This document shows, in pieces, positions 38,460 through 48,674 of a stretch of 64,000 nucleotides of DNA. Location: the IMG/VR virus record IMGVR_UViG_3300032397_000001; one strand, 5' to 3'. The DNA comes from a virus. Every line of letters starts with the position of its first letter. The first letter of the stretch is position 1. Position numbers and translations under genes: made by a program. Under the pieces are notes generated by a model that saw only the letters and a list, made by a program, of their open reading frames with translations, made no database searches and had not been told where the DNA came from.

Positions 38460-38573
38460 GGAGCAAAGATGATGAGTTATAAGTATCACGCACCTCTAGA
38501 TCTTGAATGTCCAGAGGTAGTGAAATTCAATAGATGATCCAATAACAATAGAGTCAGGTTAAGGAAGAACTAG

Positions 38574-38813
38574 ATGAGATTTAGAGTTAAGTGTCTGCAG
38601 ATCAAGACGGAGGCGTTCTATACTTTCAACGACACTGAATTTGGAGATTGTATTCAAAAGGCGATCGAGATAAGTATAAAGCTTCCGAAATATGAATTCA
38701 TTTTAGAAGGTGTTCGATATGATCATTGGGAGCGATCTTTCCCACTTGTCAAATTCAAAGATGGTAAGAGAGTATGGTCAGATCACAAACTTCTCTTACA
38801 ATGTATGGAGTAA
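38574..38813 (+). CDS. Hypothetical protein
   Basis: ORF track. Confidence 0.5.
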   Translation: MRFRVKCLQIKTEAFYTFNDTEFGDCIQKAIEISIKLPKYEFILEGVRYDHWERSFPLVKFKDGKRVWSDHKLLLQCME

Positions 38814-38829
38814 TCGAATGGGAAGAAAT

Positions 38830-38891
38830 GAAAAGAGGAGGTGATTAACGTGGCAAAGAAAAGAGGAGGTGATTAACGTGGCAAAGAAAAG
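38830..38891 (+). repeat. 28-bp tandem duplication of RBS plus start codon
   Basis: gaaaagaggaggtgattaacgtggcaaa x2. Confidence 0.9.
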
Positions 38892-39192
38892 CTTCCGTAG
38901 ATTCTGCATCGAACATCTTGATTGTGTACCGTTGGAGTATGCGGGAAAGTCGATTCAGAGATCGTCTCTGATCATTTACTTGCTGGCTCAGCTTGACATC
39001 CAAACGCTCATTATGTATTTGGGCTATGGTGTTGACACTTCGAAGCAGGTATTAGGATCGGTGGTTGATTTCTGGGTGAGGCGTAGAATGTTCGAGACCA
39101 TCAGAGCTTCTACTGGAAAGATAATTGTTACTTTTCCAGTTGTCATCAAGAAGCTCGATTCAGATGATCTCGACGAGGTAGTCAACGCTTAG
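38878..39192 (+). CDS. Putative DNA-binding protein, paralog of 22545
   Basis: FRRFCIEHLD..KSIQRSSLIIYLL..LGYG..QVL..W.RRR..TGKIIVTF. Confidence 0.6.
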   Translation: MAKKSFRRFCIEHLDCVPLEYAGKSIQRSSLIIYLLAQLDIQTLIMYLGYGVDTSKQVLGSVVDFWVRRRMFETIRASTGKIIVTFPVVIKKLDSDDLDEVVNA

Positions 39193-39334
39193 ATTGTCAT
39201 AAGATGAAAAGACGCAGAACAAAATTCCAGAAGTTGGTTGTTGGGATTACCCAAATGTATGGACTTCCCGAAGATATTGTAGCAAGGGTTTTACTGCAAT
39301 TGTTTATTGAGAGAAGACTGGGCTGGAGACAACT

Positions 39335-39565
39335 ATGATCCATGGAGCAAAGCCTGTATATCGAGATAAACTGGTTGCTCAATTCAAACTTCCAAATGGG
39401 AAATTAGTCCGTCAAGGGTTACGTGTTCCCAAAGATTGCCCCTTAACGAAAGAGGAGCGACGAATATATATCAAGCTTGGTGCTGTAAAGTTGGTCAAAG
39501 CTCTTATGAAAGGGAGGGGTTTAAGTCTTCAGGAGAGTGTCGACCTTCTTGAGGCAAGTAGGTGA
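39335..39565 (+). CDS. Hypothetical protein
   Basis: ORF track. Confidence 0.5.
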   Translation: MIHGAKPVYRDKLVAQFKLPNGKLVRQGLRVPKDCPLTKEERRIYIKLGAVKLVKALMKGRGLSLQESVDLLEASR

Positions 39566-39768
39566 GGGAGAAGGCCATGCGAGGAAAGGCTGAGCGTCGA
39601 GAACAGCGGATCCGGTTGAAGGGCCATGGGCTGGCGGAGGATCTCGTCAGTTATTACAACGTCCTCATACAGTCGCCGGTCTGGGGCTCGTGGCGTGGGA
39701 CGTACCTAGAGGCCCGGATGAATACCATGCGTGACCAGGCCGCAAAGGAGGACCAAAATGATATGTAA
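39562..39768 (+). CDS. Hypothetical protein (GC-rich patch)
   Basis: ORF track. Confidence 0.45.
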   Translation: MREKAMRGKAERREQRIRLKGHGLAEDLVSYYNVLIQSPVWGSWRGTYLEARMNTMRDQAAKEDQNDM

Positions 39769-39893
39769 GGAGTGTGGAGAGTATTGGACACCTCCCATCG
39801 GGTGGTATCTGATACATCCGGTCGAAGAGTCTATCTGTGCCTCATGTCTTTTGATACTTCAACCGCCCTACGGGGCAAGGAAAGGAGAACCAC

Positions 39894-40244
39894 ATGGAAT
39901 GCAGAGAGTGCGGTAGAGACATTGACGAGCGAATCGGGGAGTGCCGGTGGACGGATTGTCATCCGTCTACGCTCTGCTGTAGAGCGGACATTTCCAACGC
40001 CACCGAGAAGGGGCACGACTCCGATTGTGGCGGAGACCCTCAGGCGGGTTGGCTTGTCTGCCCAACCTGTCGCAGGATTTGGACTTATCGGGCCGGATCA
40101 ACTCCCCGCCGGACAGAGGAGTTTGAGAGACTGCCTGATGGGCAGACCGCAAAGATTCGAAGGAGAGTCGAGGATGCTCTCCGTAAGAATCCCAATGGGG
40201 TGATCCGGGTAGCGGCTCTGCTCGGAGTCTCACTCGCCGAGTAG
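39894..40244 (+). CDS. Zn-finger hypothetical protein (GC-rich patch)
   Basis: CRECG, CPTC; RBS aaggag. Confidence 0.55.
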   Translation: MECRECGRDIDERIGECRWTDCHPSTLCCRADISNATEKGHDSDCGGDPQAGWLVCPTCRRIWTYRAGSTPRRTEEFERLPDGQTAKIRRRVEDALRKNPNGVIRVAALLGVSLAE

Positions 40245-40393
40245 CCCACCGGATCGGACTACGACGAGTGGGGATACTCAGACCTTTCCGAGATCGAGAC
40301 AGTCAGAAACCGCATGGGCCTTGAAATGGAGCGTGATCTGTACTTTAAGCCGTGTCCTGTCAGCACTTGCATCGCAAAGTCAGCAAGCAATCG

Positions 40394-40708
40394 ATGAACG
40401 AAACCAAGCAAGAAATAAACAAAGAGACACTTCCTGTTAAGGAAGTGAAGTACATATTTATCGAGATAGCACCTGACAATCAGGAAATTACAGGATTCAA
40501 CATTTTTGATAGTGAGCGAGATCTTCTGAAGTTCTTGAAGAGATATCTTATTAACATTAATGTTCCTGGAGTAAGACGATTGACAACTCTGAAAGATATC
40601 TTCGATCATTGTGATTGGTTTACATGGGGTGGCAATGATCGTCGAATGATTTTTGTAGGTAAGATTGAAGACGGCAAATTTCAGGGGTTGCCTTTAGAAG
40701 AGGGGTAA
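40394..40708 (+). CDS. Hypothetical protein
   Basis: ORF track (internal ATG). Confidence 0.5.
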   Translation: MNETKQEINKETLPVKEVKYIFIEIAPDNQEITGFNIFDSERDLLKFLKRYLININVPGVRRLTTLKDIFDHCDWFTWGGNDRRMIFVGKIEDGKFQGLPLEEG

Positions 40709-40715
40709 GATAATA

Positions 40716-40991
40716 ATGTGGCTTCAATTCTGGAAGAAGGCGTCAAGCGGTGCCATCCATATTTTTAATCATTATGTATGGTGTGATGAGGCAACTAAGG
40801 AGAGTATTAAGGAGAGACTAGAAATGTGGGCTGAGTCTATGCCAGGTGGCTCAGAGCATAGATGTAAATTTGGTTATATGATACTGAAGCGTCCTCCTCC
40901 AAGGAAATGGATTGAAGATGAGATTAAGAGAGTACGAGATCGTATAAAGGAAGATCAAAAACATTTGAGTTTTTTGTTGGGGATAAAGTAA
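40716..40991 (+). CDS. Hypothetical protein
   Basis: ORF track. Confidence 0.5.
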   Translation: MWLQFWKKASSGAIHIFNHYVWCDEATKESIKERLEMWAESMPGGSEHRCKFGYMILKRPPPRKWIEDEIKRVRDRIKEDQKHLSFLLGIK

Positions 40992-41719
40992 TGAAGATTC
41001 TTTCTGTAGATTGGGATTATTTCTTCCCTAACCTTTTAGGTTATGATTGGGGCCATAGAGAAGGTGATGTACGCTTTCAAGAACTTCTTTGGTTTTTTCG
41101 AGTTTATAATCGTAACATGTTAACTGGCAAGTTTGCAATAGATGAGGTTCAACCCAGTCGAAGGCGCCTATATAAATTTTGGGAAAGAGTTTGCACTCAT
41201 GCGCCTAAAGAGCTTGTCATTGTAGATAGCCATCAGGAAATTTATGATTTATGTATGTTTCATGAAGTGTATAATTTTGACGCTCATCATGACTTGTATG
41301 ATGAAGGCAAATTATCATGCGAGAACTGGGCTCGTCTAGCGCTTATCAATAATCATATAACTAAATATGTTCTTATTTATCCTCCGTGGCATAGAAAGCT
41401 TGAAAGTAATGATAAGCATCTTTTGGATTTGAAAGGTGTTGAAGTCTTCAATAGAATACCAAGAGGTTTTCCACATAAGTTTGATCGTGTATTTATTTGT
41501 AGGTCATCAGCATGGACCCCCCCATGGTGTGATAAGAGCTGGTTGAGATTTATAGGATACTGGCAGATATTTCCTGATCTTTGGAATACTCGCTTAACTT
41601 GTGATTTCGTTCAGAAGAAGCGTAATGTCGATTTTGAGCATGCTAAGCGGTTAAAAGAAGAAATAGCCAAGCTTACCAGGAGAGATACAGATGGAACTGA
41701 CAAAGGAAATGTTGGATAA
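40991..41719 (+). CDS. UPF0489 / arginase-deacetylase-fold metallohydrolase-like protein
   Basis: ILSVDWDYFF, VDSH, NFDAHHD, CENW, ICRS.WTPP. Confidence 0.6.
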   Translation: MKILSVDWDYFFPNLLGYDWGHREGDVRFQELLWFFRVYNRNMLTGKFAIDEVQPSRRRLYKFWERVCTHAPKELVIVDSHQEIYDLCMFHEVYNFDAHHDLYDEGKLSCENWARLALINNHITKYVLIYPPWHRKLESNDKHLLDLKGVEVFNRIPRGFPHKFDRVFICRSSAWTPPWCDKSWLRFIGYWQIFPDLWNTRLTCDFVQKKRNVDFEHAKRLKEEIAKLTRRDTDGTDKGNVG

Positions 41720-42182
41720 GTTTTTGCATAATATCATGTATTCTGTAAGAGATGTACTAAGCGATGCTGGAAGTATATCTTCTCATTGTATACTGATCAT
41801 GGAAAATGGAGATACAGGAATTGTGTATTTTGATTTTTGTGGTGATAACGAAAAAATAGCAACATATAGAGCACTCAAACAGATAATGATAGAACAGAAG
41901 CCAATCATAGTAGTTTTTATAACTGAAGTATGGGTGGCACGGGCCTATGAAGGAGAGCAGGTAACATTGCCGCCACGAGATGATCCTAACAAAATGGAAG
42001 CTGTAATGTGTACAGGCGTAAGTGATGGGTACTTCGAGTTGTTGATACAAAATTTTGAGAGAACCAAAGATGGCAAACCAGTTGTGACTAAAGAGCCTTA
42101 CTTTCTTGATCAGTTTATACCTCGTGATTTAGCAGTCCTTTTTGATGGTTTCTATAAGTTACCAGGAGTATCAGGTAACTGA
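41691..42182 (+). CDS. Hypothetical protein
   Basis: FITEVW..P.DDP.KMEAV motif seen in phage proteins. Confidence 0.55.
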   Translation: MELTKEMLDKFLHNIMYSVRDVLSDAGSISSHCILIMENGDTGIVYFDFCGDNEKIATYRALKQIMIEQKPIIVVFITEVWVARAYEGEQVTLPPRDDPNKMEAVMCTGVSDGYFELLIQNFERTKDGKPVVTKEPYFLDQFIPRDLAVLFDGFYKLPGVSGN

Positions 42183-42392
42183 GGAGGGGATAATGTTGAC
42201 AGAAAAACAGAAAGAAGAGATAAAGGAGTTAGTCACAAGAAAGGAGTTATCTGCAAGCACCAAACTTTATATATGTCTTCTGAGGTATTAGGAGGATATA
42301 TTCCTCGTTGAAGGGGAGAATCTTTTAGATGAAGACTGGAACTGGGTAAAGAGGCAACTAATAATGGAAAAGATGATTTAAGGAGAACGAAA

Positions 42393-43106
42393 ATGTCAGA
42401 AGAATTCAAGAAAGCGTTTGTCACAACGCCGGGTGCTGTGGGTACCTTAGAGAGTGATATTACCTCTGAGGCTCTTTATCCCCTTGGTTTACCTGTCAAG
42501 GCAAAATCGTCTGCGGGTGGCCGAACTCTGGTAATAGAGCCAAAGGGATCTCAAGTTATCTTTAAGGATGAAGACTTGAGGTACATTCTAGATCCATATC
42601 AATTAACAACTCATCAACAACGTAAAGTTCTTGAAGATCATCTTTGGAATGAGCAGTGGGGATTTCACACTCGGGATCCTGAATTCACGGATTGGATTCT
42701 TCCCAAGCTTATAGATGAGTTTGGATCAGATTCTTTCTGTGATTGGGAAGTAGATGGGCTATCATCGAAAATGATTAAAGTGGTTGTTGAGATGGCGCGT
42801 GATCTTATGAACGATAACTTTAATGTGAATCTGCAGAGACTTATGAATGCTGTGGTAGATATCACGTTAATGATTTTAGCTGAATCTGAATTTGCGGATG
42901 ATGATCAAATGGAACAGGCTGCTCGTGATACTACATATTATATCTTTGAGATGTTAACCACACATAGATATGTCCCTTCAGGTGTCAACTGGTATGATCC
43001 CAACGAAGCCGAAAAGAAAATTCGAGATCAGGAAAGGATTGAGAAATTTGAAGATGATAGGTTATTTGAAGATGATGAGTTATTTGAGGAGGAAGGGGAG
43101 GCTTGA
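42393..43106 (+). CDS. Acidic hypothetical protein
   Basis: 237 aa; D/E-rich C-terminal tail. Confidence 0.6.
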   Translation: MSEEFKKAFVTTPGAVGTLESDITSEALYPLGLPVKAKSSAGGRTLVIEPKGSQVIFKDEDLRYILDPYQLTTHQQRKVLEDHLWNEQWGFHTRDPEFTDWILPKLIDEFGSDSFCDWEVDGLSSKMIKVVVEMARDLMNDNFNVNLQRLMNAVVDITLMILAESEFADDDQMEQAARDTTYYIFEMLTTHRYVPSGVNWYDPNEAEKKIRDQERIEKFEDDRLFEDDELFEEEGEA

Positions 43107-43460
43107 ATGGTAATAGGAATAGTTGGAACTCGACGTAGAGATAGTTCGGGCGACTATGACTTAGTCGAGCAAGCATTTCTACAGGTTTACAAGCTAGGGG
43201 ATGAGATTGTTTCTGGTGGTTGTCATTCTGGAGCTGATCGATTTGCTGAAATGATAGCTCGTAGGTTTGACATACCGATCACGATTTATTATGCTGACTG
43301 GATTCATAAAGGGAGTTCAGCAGGATTCCAACGTAATAGTTTGATTGCTCGGGACGCCGATATCTTAATAGCTTGTGCATCATCTGATCGTATAGGCGGC
43401 ACTGAAGATACAATCCGAAAGTTTCAGAAAGCAGGAAAGACTCAACTTGTCTTAGTTTAA
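43107..43460 (+). CDS. SLOG family (DprA/YspA/DUF2493-like) protein
   Basis: IGIVGTR, IVSGGC.SGADRFAE, AGFQRN.LIA, GGTEDTI. Confidence 0.85.
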   Translation: MVIGIVGTRRRDSSGDYDLVEQAFLQVYKLGDEIVSGGCHSGADRFAEMIARRFDIPITIYYADWIHKGSSAGFQRNSLIARDADILIACASSDRIGGTEDTIRKFQKAGKTQLVLV

Positions 43461-43472
43461 GGAAAATGAGCA

Positions 43473-43757
43473 ATGTTTGATTTAAAATTGATTCTTGAGT
43501 CAGCAAAGGATACCAAAGATCCATCAGAGTTATCCAACATACAAGTAGTTGCGCTTTTACTGGATATGATTATCTGTGACTATTTAGGCTTTTTAAGAGA
43601 GTCACAAAAAAATATGCCGGAGGATGAAATAGATAAAGGTTTACCTGAAACCCTTATCCGAGCATCTGTTATTGTTGCGAAAAGGTTTAAATTCACAACG
43701 CAATCTATAATAGCATTTTTTGATCATGCTGTTGGGGACATCTCTGATTGTCTTTGA
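43473..43757 (+). CDS. Hypothetical protein
   Basis: ORF track. Confidence 0.5.
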   Translation: MFDLKLILESAKDTKDPSELSNIQVVALLLDMIICDYLGFLRESQKNMPEDEIDKGLPETLIRASVIVAKRFKFTTQSIIAFFDHAVGDISDCL

Positions 43758-44506
43758 GGAATCTTAGAATGTCTGATAAGATTCAATTGACAACCGCTGA
43801 TGGTGAATGTATAGGTATATCAGAAATCTTACAAATACAGAAAGGTCTTGAAATACGCAAAGGAGTGATTGAACCGACGATTAGTGAGTTACGCAAGTCA
43901 ATCCCTAAAGCTGGAAGAAAGGGGGGTAAAATACGACTTTGGGATGATGGTTGTAAGAATGGGCGAGTGAGATATTTATCAGACAAGGAGATTAGAGAAA
44001 TGGAACCGCAATTAGGTGAATCAACAGGGGCAACATCTCGGGTAATTCAGGTTAGTAGGTCTGACAGAAGTGAGATGAGACTGAATGCGTTATACAATTT
44101 TGTAAAGAAATTCATTGATGAGTCGGGCTTCTATTCACATTCAGAACACGGAAGGAAGAATCATCAACTCGTTGCGCAGTACCTTGAGGGTACAATTAGT
44201 GGAAAGATAGAGTCATACGTAGAAGGCCCTGTTTACAAAGATCTTGAGAGACTTGTGTCTCGTAAGTGGTTGGAAGTCAAAGGAGAGGCAAAGAGTAAAA
44301 CCTTAGTGTATTATCTTGGAACTCCTGACGATCCTGGTGAGCCTTTATCAGAGGTTGAGGTTCGTGAAAAAGAACCGCCTGTTTGGAATAGAGTCACTAA
44401 TTTAGGACAGCTTGAGAGAATCAGTGAAAAGGGGTCTGACCTGAGCAAGATCATTATGGAGTTCGGTGAACTCAAGATTACTGTTGAGTTCATCAAGAGA
44501 GAGTAA
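43748..44506 (+). CDS. Hypothetical protein, possible winged-helix region
   Basis: VYKDLERLVSRKWLEV..YYL. Confidence 0.5.
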   Translation: MSLRNLRMSDKIQLTTADGECIGISEILQIQKGLEIRKGVIEPTISELRKSIPKAGRKGGKIRLWDDGCKNGRVRYLSDKEIREMEPQLGESTGATSRVIQVSRSDRSEMRLNALYNFVKKFIDESGFYSHSEHGRKNHQLVAQYLEGTISGKIESYVEGPVYKDLERLVSRKWLEVKGEAKSKTLVYYLGTPDDPGEPLSEVEVREKEPPVWNRVTNLGQLERISEKGSDLSKIIMEFGELKITVEFIKRE

Positions 44507-44521
44507 AAGAGGTGAACTAAG

Positions 44522-44848
44522 ATGTTAACTAATGAAGAAGCGTCCAGAGAAAATGTAACTGTCGGTGATTTCTGTTCTAACAATGGATTCTTCATCTATG
44601 AAAACGATGAATGTCTGGTTATTGCGAGTCGACCAGATTGGGTGCGAAGTCCTTTGAGTAGACAGAAATTATATATCAAAGATATGCACGCATTAAAAGA
44701 ACCTCGCAAATGTCCAATGTGCCAATTCGAATCGAGACACGGTATTATAACGTTGCAATCAAATCCAGACAATATAGGATTTGTTCTTGTTTGTAGAAGC
44801 TGCAAACAGTTCGTGTGGCTAAGAGCAATCAAGGAGTCCACATCATGA
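44522..44848 (+). CDS. Zn-ribbon hypothetical protein
   Basis: CPMC..CRSC. Confidence 0.55.
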   Translation: MLTNEEASRENVTVGDFCSNNGFFIYENDECLVIASRPDWVRSPLSRQKLYIKDMHALKEPRKCPMCQFESRHGIITLQSNPDNIGFVLVCRSCKQFVWLRAIKESTS

Positions 44849-45094
44849 CCCGAGAAGAGGTGGAATTAGCCTTGAAGATTCAGCGGTGGATGGATAATAG
44901 ACCTGAGGATTTACCTGAACAATTGCTGGATGCTCTAGTAGACGCGGTAGACTCTTATATTAGAGAAGGGATATCTGTACTCCCAGCAGACCAGCAGGAG
45001 ATGATCTTTGATGAAGATGTGATCAAAGTACTGGAAGTATGACTCAAGGAAAATTCAGAGGGGATAAGTGGACAACACAAAAGGAGGAAGTACT

Positions 45095-45292
45095 ATGAAG
45101 GCAACAGTAAAGGCTAGGTACGAAAAAGACAGCAGGCGGTATCACCGGTACTCGATTGTGTCCAACAGTGAAGGAGTGGTAGGTACCTTGTATCTGCTCA
45201 AGAGTTCTATAGGTACTCCTATAGAAATTTCAGTAACCATTTCGACGGAGGAGAAGAGCGATGCCGACCACTTACCTGGAGGGAGTTCGTAA
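45095..45292 (+). CDS. Small hypothetical protein
   Basis: RBS aggagg; MKATVKARYEKDSRRYHRY. Confidence 0.55.
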   Translation: MKATVKARYEKDSRRYHRYSIVSNSEGVVGTLYLLKSSIGTPIEISVTISTEEKSDADHLPGGSS

Positions 45293-45566
45293 GAATTCAC
45301 CTTACCTTCGAGACTGTAACGATGTTAATGTTCTTGAACTGAAAGGCTCTCTTGCAGATCTAAAGGAGGCTGCGATTACTATCTTTCATGCTTGGCGTAA
45401 AGCTGATCAAGCACATCGGAAAGAATTCTTTTTGGATCTTATCAATGAGGTGTGCCGGTATGCTATCATTGAGTATGATTGGAAACCTAAGAATGTCAAT
45501 GACGAAATTGCAAAGGTTATGTTTGAATCCATCGGTCAAGCACTCAAGAGAGCTTCAGGGTGGTAG
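45261..45566 (+). CDS. Hypothetical protein
   Basis: ORF track. Confidence 0.5.
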   Translation: MPTTYLEGVRKNSPYLRDCNDVNVLELKGSLADLKEAAITIFHAWRKADQAHRKEFFLDLINEVCRYAIIEYDWKPKNVNDEIAKVMFESIGQALKRASGW

Positions 45567-45958
45567 AAAGAAAGTCTGTAAAGGAGTATAAGGAAATTGC
45601 TCGCCAGATTTATGTGCAGTATATATTGACATATGGGCAGAGAAATTTTCTTAACGTGTCAAGTATATGCGCATATGAAATTGCGCGAGCTGTCAATGGA
45701 GTAATCTGTTCAGCGGAACTTAATATACAATCGGAACATCAAGAGAAGGGTTTTATTGGTTCATACTATTTTGTAGTGGTTCCAGGAATGGGAGAAATTG
45801 ACCCTTTTATAGAGGATATTAAAGCAGATTCAAATATTGCCTTCGCAACTAGAGAGAATATGCATATTGTGAAATACGAAGAATTTATGTTTGAGCTTAA
45901 GGGGAGAGAACATTTTTATTTAGGTGCTAGCAGTTTCTATGTAGACAAGGGAGGATAA
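45560..45958 (+). CDS. Hypothetical protein
   Basis: ORF track. Confidence 0.5.
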   Translation: MVERKSVKEYKEIARQIYVQYILTYGQRNFLNVSSICAYEIARAVNGVICSAELNIQSEHQEKGFIGSYYFVVVPGMGEIDPFIEDIKADSNIAFATRENMHIVKYEEFMFELKGREHFYLGASSFYVDKGG

Positions 45959-46171
45959 ATCAATGCCGGAAGAGAAAATGTATTTTTTCATCGCAAGGGT
46001 TCCTGATACTACTACTCGGATGACGCAAAACAGATACTGCGCCAATGATTGGTTGTGTTATATCTTGTCAACTCTCTTGTTCGTCTTCATTAATTGAAGC
46101 CAGAAAGATTGGCTCTGGGCAAGTTCAACCAGAATGGAAATATGTTGTTAGCAAGGCCCACACTTTAGATT

Positions 46172-46654
46172 ATGAGTTATCTGATAAGGAAAGAAAAGAA
46201 GATGGTGAGTGAGGTACTCATGAATTGTTCATCTTGTAATAAGGTTATCTCAGAGCAGGAAATGTTCCTCGGGAATGGGGGGCTTTTTTGTCGGAACTGT
46301 GCTCTTTTACGGCGTCAATTAAATATATCTGATAAGATAGTTAACTGCTTTCTTGATGAGGCGTGTCAAGAGGACTACTCTTTTTCTAATGTGAGGGCAT
46401 TCAAACATGTTTCACAAATTCATGTAAGTGATCAATTAAAACTTGTCATTGAGAGTTGGGTTAACAAAGGAATGGGTGTCGCAGTCTTTCGATGTGAAGA
46501 GAAAGATAAGCTTCATCGATTAATTTGTTCATATGGTAACTCAGAGGAAGCGTGTGTAAATGTTCCTGTGTTACCTTTGGATACAGAGTTTATTGTAGAG
46601 GGTGATGAATGTAAATATAGATTAATTGGAGTTGTCTTTCCAAGGAGCCTCTAA
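46172..46654 (+). CDS. Zn-finger hypothetical protein
   Basis: CSSC..FCRNC. Confidence 0.5.
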   Translation: MSYLIRKEKKMVSEVLMNCSSCNKVISEQEMFLGNGGLFCRNCALLRRQLNISDKIVNCFLDEACQEDYSFSNVRAFKHVSQIHVSDQLKLVIESWVNKGMGVAVFRCEEKDKLHRLICSYGNSEEACVNVPVLPLDTEFIVEGDECKYRLIGVVFPRSL

Positions 46655-47100
46655 TGAGTCAGGAGATAAGTATTTCTTGGAGTCAGTTTGAGGAAGACTG
46701 TAAAACACTTGCTCGTAAAATCATTTCATGTGAAATGCCTTTTGAGGCAATGGTTGTTCTGACACGTGGAGGGCTATGTGTAGCTGGTGTATTGTCGAAT
46801 ATATTAAGGATAAAGAATGTTAGCACATTGTGTCTTGAGTCATACAAGAATAAAGGATGGAGTAAATTCAATATTCTTTCGACACCTAACATCGGTCTTC
46901 CTGAAAAAGCCAGTATATTAATTGTAGATGATTTGGTACATACTGGTCGAAGTATGGGGTTTGCAATCAATTATGTATTAGGTCAAGGGTATCAAACTCA
47001 TTCAGCAGTCTTGTATAATAAGAATGAGTTTCTCTCCTTCGAGTTTTATGTAAGAAGGTATCCTATTGATACTTGGATTGAGTTTCCGTGGGAAAAATGA
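46654..47100 (+). CDS. Type I phosphoribosyltransferase (xanthine/guanine PRT-like)
   Basis: LTRGGL; PRPP motif ILIVDDLVHTGRSM; C-terminal WIEFPWE. Confidence 0.88.
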   Translation: MSQEISISWSQFEEDCKTLARKIISCEMPFEAMVVLTRGGLCVAGVLSNILRIKNVSTLCLESYKNKGWSKFNILSTPNIGLPEKASILIVDDLVHTGRSMGFAINYVLGQGYQTHSAVLYNKNEFLSFEFYVRRYPIDTWIEFPWEK

Positions 47101-47440
47101 TGAGAAAAATTTTAGTGAAAACAGTATATAAGTGTGTTAACTGCCAGAGTTTTCACTCATTCTATAACGGGAAAGTACCTTTGCGTAAATGTTACTACAA
47201 AGATGAAAGAGAGCCGAGAGCTGCGAAGCAAGATAAACTTTAAAGCTCGAGGTGCAATCATGAAGGAGACAAAGTCTGAAGTACAAATTAATGGCTTCTT
47301 CCATTGTAAGTTCTGCGGAAAGTATGCGAGTAAGAAATTCTTCCTTTTTGATGAAGGACATCATAAGGTAGGTATTATCATTTGTAAGTTGTGTGGTAAA
47401 GTAACTGAGATAGGAAAAATGGTAGAGGAGGAGGCACAAA

Positions 47441-47764
47441 GTGGAACCCTTAAAGAACATCCGATTGGTACATGAATCCTGTTCGGCAAAAATGAGAAGT
47501 AACTATAGTCATATTCCACCTGACTTTATAGTAGGAAAGTATGCGAAGTTAGCTTTCAAAGATGATAACGGTATGTATACTGAACATATGTGGATTAAAG
47601 TTTTTCAGTATGATAAAGGGAAAGAACTTTTCTCAGGAGTTTTAGACAATGATCCTGTTATTGTTACTCATATAATATGTGGTGATAAAATTACCTTCTC
47701 GATTGATAAGATTGAGAGTCTACTTGATGGTAACCGTGAGATCAAAGGAGAGAATCATGAGTAA
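47441..47764 (+). CDS. DUF2314 (YegJ-like) protein
   Basis: KLAF..EHMWIKV..GVLDNDPV..GDKI. Confidence 0.7.
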   Translation: MEPLKNIRLVHESCSAKMRSNYSHIPPDFIVGKYAKLAFKDDNGMYTEHMWIKVFQYDKGKELFSGVLDNDPVIVTHIICGDKITFSIDKIESLLDGNREIKGENHE

Positions 47765-48107
47765 GAATCATGAGGATCAATCACTAGTTGTAAGATTTTA
47801 TCATATAAGAGATGATGACAAGAAACCAATTGTCACTGTTTGCGTGGTTTATAGCAAATCATCTGGGCACACTAGAAGAGGGGTAGCTCTTTGTTCATAT
47901 AAAGATCAACCAAATAAACGTATTGGGCGAGATATAGCTTTTGGGAGAGCCTTCGCTTCAACCACACTCACTGATAACTATAAAATCAAAAGAGGTGATA
48001 TTAGAGAGGAAGCCAAGAAATTTCTTCTCGAAAATAACATTACATTGAAAAGCGACCATTGTCCAAAACTTACTGATTATGAAATGCGGCTCATTCATAA
48101 ACCGTGA
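47757..48107 (+). CDS. Protein resembling the Phage_gp49_66 / Acb4-like fold; candidate nucleotide sponge
   Basis: TVCVV..G..RGVALCS.KDQ..KRIGRDIAFGRA; flanked by 19-bp direct repeats. Confidence 0.45.
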   Translation: MSKNHEDQSLVVRFYHIRDDDKKPIVTVCVVYSKSSGHTRRGVALCSYKDQPNKRIGRDIAFGRAFASTTLTDNYKIKRGDIREEAKKFLLENNITLKSDHCPKLTDYEMRLIHKP

Positions 48108-48127
48108 GATCAAAGGAGGCAAAGATC

Positions 48128-48334
48128 ATGAAGAAGAAGATTGTTAGTACAATCAATCTGACAGAACAGTGGTACAGCCCCAAGATGGTGTCTCGTATGA
48201 TGCCAGATGTGACTCCAGATGATGTCTGTCTTTGGGCTAGAAAGGGCTTTATCGCAGCACAGAAGAAAGGCCGCTGCTGGCGCATTCACAGACAGACAGC
48301 CCTTTCGCTTGCGCGTAATGGACGACCAGTATAA
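48128..48334 (+). CDS. MerR/excisionase-like HTH protein
   Basis: TPDDVCLWARKGFIAAQKKGRCWRI. Confidence 0.75.
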   Translation: MKKKIVSTINLTEQWYSPKMVSRMMPDVTPDDVCLWARKGFIAAQKKGRCWRIHRQTALSLARNGRPV

Positions 48335-48674
48335 AGGAATAAGGTAATGAGTGCAATGAGTTTAGCTCGTGATGTCTGTAGTCTTACTGCTACAGTAACA
48401 ATTGCTTGGATTATAGTGTTAGTTTGGAAGTTCGTTTTATATATTGTTACCTATCAGGAGGATGATTGATGAGTTTACCTGGAGATGTTATTTATCTAGA
48501 AGCTGTTATGCCGGGTGGAAAAGTGATAATAGGGTCATGGGTGCTTCCAGACAGAAGCCTAACAAATTTTGACGCACAAGCAGATATTGGGTGGCATATC
48601 ATGCTGTGCATGTTAGATGGAGCTACTGAGGTCAAAGTTAGAGTGGATAAACCAAAGGAGAAGGAGGAGAAGAC

